Shown one piece after another: positions 19,899-28,306 of a stretch of DNA of 64,000 bases. The stretch is taken from positions 128,001-192,000 of the forward strand of contig JAUVNS010000005.1 of assembly GCA_030599585.1 (NCBI GenBank), in the 5' to 3' direction. This stretch comes from Promethearchaeota archaeon (GTDB lineage: Archaea > Asgardarchaeota > Lokiarchaeia > Sigyniarchaeales > SOKP01). The position numbers were made by a program, and so were the translations under genes. Position 1 is the first letter of the stretch. Every line of letters starts with the position of its first letter. The notes below the pieces were generated by a model that saw nothing but the letters and a program-made list of their open reading frames with translations, was not told the origin of the DNA and searched no databases.

Positions 19899-20402
19899 CT
19901 ATAAATGGACATCAAATTTGAATAAAGTATTTAAATTCATATTTTCTAATCTTTTTTTATATTGTAGAATTGAAGGATCTACATTTCCATTAAAATTCCT
20001 TATTGCAGACTCGAATCTATAGTAAAAATCTTCCATAATTTGATGTAAAATTACTCTCTCTACTTGTAAATTGGTTTTCTTCGAAATCGCAATCACTGAC
20101 AATCGCCCTCTCCTTTCGTATAAAATTCTACTCTCCTTAAAATTCACTTCTTGAATCTCGTCGTTCACTGATTCAGGTTTAATCTCGCTAATAAAAAGAT
20201 TAAGCGCATTAAGAAAACCACTTATCAAATCTTCATGAGACGAAAATCTAGAGTTGTGCGTATATTTTTTGCTAAGCAGTAAAGAACCCGATACATTGTC
20301 TAAGAAGTAAATTGCGTGAAAACGATTAACATCTAAATTAATCTTTTCTAAATTAAATCCATACGACTTCTCTATATTTTTATTAATCCATCTATTCGAC
20401 AT
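19899..20402 (-). CDS. longin-like domain protein
   Basis: AIYFLD..SG.LL..K.Y...DLISGFLNAL..F..EI....IQEVNF...ILYE.....VIAI pattern typical of Asgard longin-like proteins. Confidence 0.65.
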   Translation of the reverse strand: MSNRWINKNIEKSYGFNLEKINLDVNRFHAIYFLDNVSGSLLLSKKYTHNSRFSSHEDLISGFLNALNLFISEIKPESVNDEIQEVNFKESRILYERRGRLSVIAISKKTNLQVERVILHQIMEDFYYRFESAIRNFNGNVDPSILQYKKRLENMNLNTLFKFDVHL

Positions 20403-20655
20403 CTTTCGACTGCTTTCTAACCTAAAACTATTCCTATTAAAAAATGAAAACGATTACGATTTAAAATGTAAATATTATCTTAGTGACATATAAATAGTTT
20501 TTTTAGCTAGTTGAAGCTTAATCCAATTAATATTGCGCTTAACTGGGTAGTTTGAGTTAAAATGATAGAAAAACTTTTCAAGAAAAACCTAAAAATTTAA
20601 AATAAAATCATTTTATTATTAGACATATACTATTCTTATCACATTTTAATTTTTG

Positions 20656-21129
20656 ATGAATATGGGTCTAAATAACAACCACGGAAAACAAAAAAATAAA
20701 ATTTCTATTGGTAAAATCCTATCAAGAGAGGATTTTAATTCCACTATTTTTCCAGAGGAGGTTAAAGCGGAAATCAACCAGACTCCTTATTACTTGCTAA
20801 TTTTCATTTCTCGCGAAGATTCAATAAAAATTAGCTGCTTTCCTACTAATACGAATGAGATAAAAAAAATTCTCATTAAGTTAATTGAGTTCTCGCCCGA
20901 TCTAGTGAAGGGAATATCGACCGTACTTAACGATCTTGGTTTAAGTAAAGATATTCTGCATACTACCGGAATTTGTTATGAGTTGGAAACTTGCTTCTAT
21001 GAAACCTATCTATTAGGAGACACTCTAAAATCGAAGAAAATGTCTATGGACCTTATAAAAGAAAAATTCCTCGCAATTGAGAAAATTGTTAATGTCTCAA
21101 TAGAAGATATTCCAATTCATAACGAATAG
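20656..21129 (+). CDS. hypothetical protein (possible ACT-like C-terminal half, HTTGIC...CFYE motif)
   Basis: ~157-aa ORF; the fold guess is weak. Confidence 0.6.
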   Translation: MNMGLNNNHGKQKNKISIGKILSREDFNSTIFPEEVKAEINQTPYYLLIFISREDSIKISCFPTNTNEIKKILIKLIEFSPDLVKGISTVLNDLGLSKDILHTTGICYELETCFYETYLLGDTLKSKKMSMDLIKEKFLAIEKIVNVSIEDIPIHNE

Positions 21130-21140
21130 ACTTCTTATAA

Positions 21141-21346
21141 ATGAGCAATAAAAAATTACACCCTCCCTCAATTTTACCTCCTTCTTTTACCGCATCAAGT
21201 AAGTTTTGCCTGTTTCATAAGGGTGATTTGTCAGAAGATATTTATACTTGTCCTAAGTGTAAAATTATATATTGCCCAGAATGCGTAAAAAAGCTCAGGC
21301 TGATAGGAAATCGTGTATTAAATGTAAACAGATCGTTTTACTCTAG
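21141..21346 (+). CDS. RING-like two-zinc finger protein, complete only via a -1 shift at 21287-21293 (0-frame ORF ends 21359)
   Basis: 0 frame gives CxxH-x10-CxxC-x4-CxxC; the -1 frame adds x10-CIKC and ends at TAG 21344-21346. Confidence 0.7.
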
Positions 21347-21775
21347 TTATTGTAAATGATCCTCCTCAAGTGAACCTGTTCTTATTGAACTCAAACTACG
21401 CCACGCCTTCCAAAAAATTAACCATAATATGATAAATATAAATAGAGTTGTAGCGAAAGTGTAACCTCCAATAAAAAGATCAACAATAATTAAAAACGGG
21501 ATACCTGCAATCGCAAATCCTATCAAATAACCATACCCCCAATACCTGTTAACTAAGGCTATTATTATTCCCGGAATCATCGTTGTGAATATGATTGAAA
21601 GAAACGCTAAAACTTCAATTGAGCGAGGAGCATCTTGTATGAACGTCATATTTACCCAAGATGCTACAAAACCAATTACTACAAACAATAAAGTCCACAC
21701 ATTTATACTTAAATCTTTCTCCGCCTTATCTCGATCGTTTCGATTTGATTCTGTTTTTTTCTCCAACAATGTCAC
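21347..21775 (-). CDS. small membrane protein (~4 TM)
   Basis: four hydrophobic segments in 142 aa. Confidence 0.75.
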   Translation of the reverse strand: MTLLEKKTESNRNDRDKAEKDLSINVWTLLFVVIGFVASWVNMTFIQDAPRSIEVLAFLSIIFTTMIPGIIIALVNRYWGYGYLIGFAIAGIPFLIIVDLFIGGYTFATTLFIFIILWLIFWKAWRSLSSIRTGSLEEDHLQ

Positions 21776-22099
21776 TTCTTACCAAACAATTAAAAAAAAA
21801 TAAATTCTTTTAAGTTGTAAAAGATAATTCTCATTATAAAAAATATTTGACGATTGAATAACTGAAAATTAGGTAACTTTTAGTTAGAAAAGGGTAAGAC
21901 CCTTTAAATTCCGACAAAAGTTTCAAAATATTGTCAATTCTTTTAAATAAGACTAAAGATATTAGTATAATAAGATAAAAATTTATATGTGTAAAACATA
22001 TAATAATCGTTGAAGATAAAGATTTAAATATTAAACAAAACAAATTTAAAAAAAATATAAGATTTAAAAAAATAAAATAGGGATTTTATAAAAAATCAT

Positions 22100-22214
22100 G
22101 ACTCCTGCCCCGCCCTGGATTTTTGTCTTTTGGTAGTGTGTAATACACACTCATTTCGCCCTCCTCCCCCTATTTTATTTCTGACCTTCTTATTAGGTCT
22201 TGGTGGCAGGAGTC
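22100..22214. ncRNA. candidate structured ncRNA or cis-regulatory element (~115 nt)
   Basis: perfect 10-bp terminal inverted repeat GACTCCTGCC (22100-22109)/GGCAGGAGTC (22205-22214) enclosing hairpins GTGTGT-AAT-ACACAC and GACCT-7nt-AGGTC; relatively GC-rich within an AT-rich intergenic region. Confidence 0.55.
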
Positions 22215-22662
22215 TCCCTTTATTATACCTGAAAAAATTAAAAAAAAAGATATATTTAGTAGGTTAATTTTCAGTTGGTGAATATGGAATATAAAGGTTA
22301 CACTGAAATTAACCGGTAAGTTTTCATTTTTTACCAGTAGTTTTTAAATAAAAACACATTTCATAAGATTTAATTATAGAGATAACTAAAGTAAGAAACG
22401 CCTCCTTCTGTTTCGTTTTTTCAATAATTATAACTATAAATAATCTTTCACTCAAATTACGTTATTTTTATGTGTAGCTTAACTAGAAAATTTTGAAGTA
22501 GAAAAAGTAGAAGAAAAGGATTGCCTTTTAGATGTAAAAGCGTTCTTTTTTTATTCGATAATACTTAAAATACTATTAATTTTCTTATAAAATTAAAATA
22601 GAATAACGTGTTATTTGATCAAATTGTTATTTAAATAAAATAAATCGTAAAAATTAACGAAA

Positions 22663-24372
22663 TTGAAACTTATGACAGAAGATATTATAAGACGGACAAC
22701 GAGTATTTGCCCAGAATGCTTACAACCCATTCCAGCGGAGATCTATGTTGATCCAGAAACTAATTGGGTCATGATGAGAAAAGATTGCAAGGAACACGGG
22801 CATTTTAAAGACAAACTTTCCATCGATCCAGATGAATACAAATGGGGCGAAACTTTCACTGACGACATAGGATCTACAGTCGATAACTCTACTAAACCTG
22901 AATATGTTAGTTCAGGTTTAAAGGAGTGTGTTGAAGGCTGTCCATACGATTGTGGCCTCTGTGAAAATCATAAAAGCGCACCTAATATATGCCTAATCGA
23001 TATTACAAATCGCTGTAACTTAACCTGCCCAATTTGTTTTGCTAACGCAAGCGCGAAAGGGTATGTTGTAGAACCTACGCTCGAACAAGTCTTCCAAATA
23101 ATGGAACATTTCAGGTCAATGAAACCTGTTCCAGCAGTTATGCTCCAAATATCTGGGGGAGAACCTACGATCAGAGATGATCTTCCAGACATCATCCGGG
23201 AAGGAAAAAGACTCGGTTTCTCTGAAGTAATGGTTACAACTAACGGTATAAGGTTCGCCAAATCGATTGACTTTTTAACGAAGTGCAAAGACGCGGGAAT
23301 GGATGCCATCTATTTACAATTTGATGCAACTGACGATCCTGAAGCTTGGAAAAAGGTTCGTGGCGTTAATTTATGGCCGTTAAAGAAACGTGTTATTGAA
23401 AACTGTCGCAAAATTGGATATTTTGGTTTAATGCTAGTTCCTGTTATAGCCAAAGGAGTTAACGACCACGAAGTCGGAAACATTTTAGACTTTGCTAAGA
23501 ATAATAGCGACGTGGTTTCTGGAGTAATTTTCCAGCCAGTCTCACTTTGTGGACGGATCAGTTTTGAAGAACTGATGGATTTAAGATATACAACCTCAGA
23601 CCTCAAAGTAGCAATAAATAAACACACAAACAATGCTATTGAAAAATTCTATCCTATCGCAACTACAGCAAAAATGACCCGTTTATTAGCTTGGTTTGAT
23701 AACATGCCCGAATTTGGTATGACGAGCCATAAAGATTGTGGGTTTGCCACAATACTCATCGTTAACGATAAAGACGAATGGGAATCCCTCGATGATTATT
23801 TTGACGCAGAAGGACTTATTAAGTGGTCAAACAAGGTTTATGACATGGTTCAAGGAAAAGAAGTCCCAAAACCAACTGGGTTCTTAAAAGGTATAAACTT
23901 GCAAGATTTCGGGGCTGTAGCTAGTACTGTAGGGAAATTCATAGACGAAATGACTGATTTAGGATATCGGCAAATGATGAAAGCTTATTATTTTGCTGGA
24001 GGAATTAAGTTCGTAAAACATCCAGAAAAAATCTTAACGAGTAAAACCTACCAGAGTTTTGCACGAGTTATCGCTTCCCCGAACTTAGCAAGCGCCGCGA
24101 ACTTCCTTCATAACAAGAATCTAATGATCTCAGCTATGCACTTTCAAGATGCCTACAACTTCGATTTGGACAGAGTTTGTAGATGTTTAGTCCATTATGG
24201 TGTAGTAGATCCAGAAGACAACACAAAAACATTGGAGATACCATTTTGTGCTATGAATACACTACACAGGGAAAGAATTGAACTTGCAAACGCCATTAAA
24301 GGCGAGGAAGCTAAAAAAGCCGAAGTTATTCAAGCAGAAATTAAAGAGCTTTTAGAAACCGTAAAACAATAA
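22663..24372 (+). CDS. tes: tetraether lipid synthase (Tes/GDGT-MAS, MJ0619-like radical SAM); ATG 22672 is an alternative start
   Basis: N-terminal CPEC..CKEH and CPYDCGLC..H, ITNRCNLTCPICF, SGGEP, C-terminal HKDCG, MHFQDAYNFD..R..RC.VHY and IPFC. Confidence 0.88.
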   Translation: MKLMTEDIIRRTTSICPECLQPIPAEIYVDPETNWVMMRKDCKEHGHFKDKLSIDPDEYKWGETFTDDIGSTVDNSTKPEYVSSGLKECVEGCPYDCGLCENHKSAPNICLIDITNRCNLTCPICFANASAKGYVVEPTLEQVFQIMEHFRSMKPVPAVMLQISGGEPTIRDDLPDIIREGKRLGFSEVMVTTNGIRFAKSIDFLTKCKDAGMDAIYLQFDATDDPEAWKKVRGVNLWPLKKRVIENCRKIGYFGLMLVPVIAKGVNDHEVGNILDFAKNNSDVVSGVIFQPVSLCGRISFEELMDLRYTTSDLKVAINKHTNNAIEKFYPIATTAKMTRLLAWFDNMPEFGMTSHKDCGFATILIVNDKDEWESLDDYFDAEGLIKWSNKVYDMVQGKEVPKPTGFLKGINLQDFGAVASTVGKFIDEMTDLGYRQMMKAYYFAGGIKFVKHPEKILTSKTYQSFARVIASPNLASAANFLHNKNLMISAMHFQDAYNFDLDRVCRCLVHYGVVDPEDNTKTLEIPFCAMNTLHRERIELANAIKGEEAKKAEVIQAEIKELLETVKQ

Positions 24373-24515
24373 TCGTTTTTTTAAATTTTAATCTTATTTT
24401 ATTATTTATTTTTTCTTCATTTTTAAGAAATTAAAGAATAGCTTCCTAACAAATAGTATTTAAATTCGGACTCTTATTTATTAGATATATAAGGTAGTAG
24501 TTTTATTCAGATTTT

Positions 24516-25103
24516 ATGGTAAGCAATACGGATATAATAGGGGAATATCGGGGAACAGTCAAAAACAGGGTTTTAACTGCGTTATTGCAGTCTTATATGG
24601 ATAACTTAGATTACGATGGGATGAAATCGATTTTAAAGGAAGCGGGGCTCTTAGAACTGAAAGATATACGAGATGTAGATCCAGAGGGGGAAATCGACTT
24701 TTTTTCGTTTAAAAAGATTATATCTGCTCAAAATTGTTTGCTGTACGATTCAACTGATTTATTATCTGAAATTGGGAGAAAATTCTCATTTTACTTGTTC
24801 CCTTTTGGAAAAGTTTTCGAAGAGATTGTCGAAGAGATTAATAAAATGGTTGTTACTGATTGGCAAGTCAAAATTGTGGAAAATAGAGCTGAATCCGTCA
24901 TCATTCGGGTTGATAAATGTATTTTTTGTTCGGAAATCGGAGTTTCCTGCGAGTTGTTTAAGAGTTTTTTGATTCATTCGTTAGAAAAAAGTTTGCCTTC
25001 TGATTATCGAGTAGTTTCCTACGAAACGAAAGAAAATATTACTAATCCTAATCATAATTCTTTTATTTTGAAATTACGAATTGAGAAAACATTTATATCA
25101 TAA
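24516..25103 (+). CDS. V4R/H-NOX-like ligand-binding fold protein
   Basis: NRVL..LL......GM..IL..AGL N-terminal pattern, EIGRKF, and C-terminal CIFC...SC..F..FL. Confidence 0.65.
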   Translation: MVSNTDIIGEYRGTVKNRVLTALLQSYMDNLDYDGMKSILKEAGLLELKDIRDVDPEGEIDFFSFKKIISAQNCLLYDSTDLLSEIGRKFSFYLFPFGKVFEEIVEEINKMVVTDWQVKIVENRAESVIIRVDKCIFCSEIGVSCELFKSFLIHSLEKSLPSDYRVVSYETKENITNPNHNSFILKLRIEKTFIS

Positions 25104-25193
25104 AATAACGAAAGCTTATATATATCAAAAATCAAGATACTTTTTGTTATTATTAATTCAATTTTAAAAATCATAACTTAATTATTATTAAAA

Positions 25194-25757
25194 TTGCCAG
25201 CAGAAGGACTTTCCACCGAAGCTAAGGAATATGTATTCAAGATAACAATTCTTGGACAAAGTGCCGTTGGTAAAACTTCATTAATTAATCAATTTGTGGA
25301 GGGCTCGTTTCAGGAAGATTATAAACCAACACTCGGCGCAAATATAATCCGAAAAGATGTTAATATAGGAGAGGTCAACGCTAAAGTTCGATTAATTATG
25401 TGGGACTTAGCGGGTCAAGAGAAATACAATGTGATACGAAGTATGTATTTTCAAGGATGTGTTGGGAGTCTACTCGTGTATGATGTCACTCGTCACGAGA
25501 GTTTTGCTGCGATTGAATCTAAATGGCTTAAAGATTTCAAAAACTACGTGAAAAAAGAGGGCGCTTACATTTTAATCGGCAATAAAGTCGATCTAGACGA
25601 CGAACGAGTCGTCAGTAAAGAAGAGGGTGAAAAATTAGCTAAACAAATCGGTGCAAGTGTTTTTGTTGAAACCAGCGCTAGATTGGGAAAAAATGTAGAA
25701 GAAGCCTTCAAAAGTCTAGTATACCAAATTTTACGAAATTATGGAGAAAAAATATAA
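25194..25757 (+). CDS. Rab-like small GTPase
   Basis: G1 GQSAVGKT, G2 YKPTLG, G3 WDLAGQE, G4 NKVD, G5 ETSA; no C-terminal prenylation Cys. Confidence 0.95.
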   Translation: MPAEGLSTEAKEYVFKITILGQSAVGKTSLINQFVEGSFQEDYKPTLGANIIRKDVNIGEVNAKVRLIMWDLAGQEKYNVIRSMYFQGCVGSLLVYDVTRHESFAAIESKWLKDFKNYVKKEGAYILIGNKVDLDDERVVSKEEGEKLAKQIGASVFVETSARLGKNVEEAFKSLVYQILRNYGEKI

Positions 25758-25840
25758 GGACGCTTAATTAAATAAGAAATCTCCATTTCAGTTTTTTTTA
25801 ATTACAAATCATTATTATAATTATAAATTGTTTTTATTAA

Positions 25841-27001
25841 ATGGTAACAATGAAAGAATTATCAAACAAGATAAGAAACGCTCCAAAATCAAAAATACGT
25901 GAACTTTTTGACCTTGCTGCGGGACGATCAGATGTTATAAGCTTAGGGATTGGGCAACCGGATTTTTCCACGCCTCAACCCGCAATAGAGGGGAATATTA
26001 ATGCCTTAAAAGAGAAAATCACATATTACGCCCCTACGAAAGGTATTCCAGAATTATTACAGCATCTAGAAACCAAATTAAATTCTGTGAATAACATTAA
26101 AACAGCCTGGAAAGATAATATTATTATTACAAACGGCGGTTCCCAGGCTCTTCATCTTGCTTTTGCCTCCATTTTTAATTCTGGAGATGAGATAATAATT
26201 TCCTCTCCAAATTTTATCTCTTATTTCTATTTGAGTGCTTTTTTTGACTTAAGAGTGATTGAGGTTGAGAGGAAAAGCGACTTTAGTCCTAATATTGACA
26301 AAATAAAGAAATCAATTACTGATAAAACTAAAGCGATTTTAATTAATTCACCTAACAATCCAACTGGATATTCGTTAAGCACAAATGAATTACAGGAGAT
26401 CGTTGAAATTGTTAAGAAACACGACTTATATTTAATCTCCGATGAAGTGTACGAAAATTATCTATACGACGATTCCAAGCATACAAGTCCAGCTTCGTTA
26501 AATGATATGTTTGAACGGACTATTACTATAAACGCCATGTCAAAACTGTATTCTGCTACGGGATTTAGATTAGGGTATGTAGCTGCAAGTAAGGATATAA
26601 TAGATACAATGGAAAAATATCATCAATATACCGTAGCAGGTACAAACCACGCGGCTCAATATGGTTTTTTAGAGGCTTTAAAGATGGGTAGTAGTTTTTT
26701 TGACGAAATTTTAAAGAGTTTTGATGAAAGACGTTTATTAGCTTACAATCGTTTAACCGAATTGGGTTTTGATGTTGTTAAGCCAAAAGGAGCTTTTTAC
26801 GTTATGCCGAAAATCAACGATTTTGGGTTAACTGGTGCTGAATTTTCGAAAAGAATAATGAAAGATCAGGCAGTCGCAATAGTTCCAGGTAATATTTTTG
26901 GATCTTACTCAGAATATATGTTAAGAATGTCTTATGCGACTAAATTAGAAAAGCTCGAAGAAGCGATGGATAGGATTGAAAAATTTGTAAAAAAAATATA
27001 A
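25841..27001 (+). CDS. class I PLP-dependent aminotransferase (aspartate aminotransferase-like)
   Basis: LGIGQPDF, NSPNNPTG, SDEVY, SKLYSATGFRLGY. Confidence 0.93.
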   Translation: MVTMKELSNKIRNAPKSKIRELFDLAAGRSDVISLGIGQPDFSTPQPAIEGNINALKEKITYYAPTKGIPELLQHLETKLNSVNNIKTAWKDNIIITNGGSQALHLAFASIFNSGDEIIISSPNFISYFYLSAFFDLRVIEVERKSDFSPNIDKIKKSITDKTKAILINSPNNPTGYSLSTNELQEIVEIVKKHDLYLISDEVYENYLYDDSKHTSPASLNDMFERTITINAMSKLYSATGFRLGYVAASKDIIDTMEKYHQYTVAGTNHAAQYGFLEALKMGSSFFDEILKSFDERRLLAYNRLTELGFDVVKPKGAFYVMPKINDFGLTGAEFSKRIMKDQAVAIVPGNIFGSYSEYMLRMSYATKLEKLEEAMDRIEKFVKKI

Positions 27002-27004
27002 ATT

Positions 27005-28132
27005 CTATTTTTCTAAATAAGTTCGTATTAGAGCTTGAGATAGATATTCTGTTGATTTTATAACGTCATCTATCCTTATATATTCATCTGGTTTATGGAT
27101 TACTCCTGGGTCTCCTGGTCCATAGATCACAAATGGAATAGCATTCTTTTTTTGAATGAGAACACCCGCATCTGTAGCGTAGGGTAAGCCTATAATTTCT
27201 TTTCCATTAATCTTTTTTAAATTCTGAATAAATGGAATTTCCATATCAGTCTGAAGTGCTGGGAGTGTATGGGTAATTTTTACTTCTAATTTACAAGGAG
27301 AAGCATTGATCGACCGTAATTTCGCATTTAATCTTGCAAAATCTTGTTCAGGGATATATCTATAGTCAACAGATAAAATAGTTTTATTTGGAACTATATT
27401 GTACGCGACTCCTCCTGAAATTTTCCCAATATTCAGTGTAGAGGAGCCCAGAAATCTATTTTCAACATCATCCAAACATTCATGAAGTTGTGGAACAATT
27501 TTTAATGCACACTCAATAGAATTTATTCCGCCTTCGGGGGTTGAGGCATGTCCGGGTTTTCCATTAATATGGATATCTGCCCATAATAATCCTTTTTCGG
27601 CTATACCTATATTCATATTAGTTGGTTCTCCAACTATAAGTAGAACAGAATCTTTCATAAAACCCTTTCTAGCAAAGTTATAAGCTCCAGTCATACCAGA
27701 TTCTTCATCCGCACTAGCTAAAAAGAAAATTGTGTAATTTTCTAATAATTCCGGATATTCTTTTAGATTTATTAATGTTCCAATAAGCATGGTTAATCCT
27801 CCTTTCATATCACATGCCCCTCTACCATACAATTTTCCATCAATAACTTCAGCAGAGAACGGAGGATACTTCCATTGTGAATCTTCACCTGCCGGTACAA
27901 CATCCAAATGCCCTGAGAGCATTATTTTTTCCTTACCAGTTCCGATTCTTGTTATAAGGTTCTTTAGCTCGATACCTTTTTTTCTGTAATTCATGACCTC
28001 ATTATGAAAACCGTCAGACTCCTTAAAGATATCCGTGATTAGGTAGTTAATGATTTCATCGGTTTTCCCAGGTGGATTCTCCGTAGGTATTTGTACTAAA
28101 TTCTTAAGAATTTGCTTTAAATTAGCTTTCAT
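27005..28132 (-). CDS. M20 family metallo-hydrolase (ArgE/DapE-like)
   Basis: GHLDVVP, YGRGACDMKGG, DEESG, GEPT, GHAS, HKPDE. Confidence 0.92.
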   Translation of the reverse strand: MKANLKQILKNLVQIPTENPPGKTDEIINYLITDIFKESDGFHNEVMNYRKKGIELKNLITRIGTGKEKIMLSGHLDVVPAGEDSQWKYPPFSAEVIDGKLYGRGACDMKGGLTMLIGTLINLKEYPELLENYTIFFLASADEESGMTGAYNFARKGFMKDSVLLIVGEPTNMNIGIAEKGLLWADIHINGKPGHASTPEGGINSIECALKIVPQLHECLDDVENRFLGSSTLNIGKISGGVAYNIVPNKTILSVDYRYIPEQDFARLNAKLRSINASPCKLEVKITHTLPALQTDMEIPFIQNLKKINGKEIIGLPYATDAGVLIQKKNAIPFVIYGPGDPGVIHKPDEYIRIDDVIKSTEYLSQALIRTYLEK

Positions 28133-28306
28133 GAATCATCTAATCAATTTAGAATTTGATGTATAAAAACTTTGAAAATCATAATAAATTTTCCCTTTTT
28201 AGAATTTATCGACAAACATCTGTTAAAAATCTCTATGAACTCTAATTATTGTACTCATTTAGTATAAAAATAGAGAAAAAATAGAATTTAACAAAATGTA
28301 AACAAA

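Noticed and set aside
21834-22043. 69-aa hydrophobic ORF
   Set aside because: TTG start, no SD, low-complexity AT-rich intergenic translation.
22100-22214. Structured element as 5S rRNA, tRNA-Sec or SECIS
   Set aside because: The size and a CTCATTTCG 9-mer recall 5S, but the GAAC...GAAGTTAAG core and helix layout are absent; there is no cloverleaf; and it has no clear SECIS kink-turn core and is not behind a UGA-containing gene.
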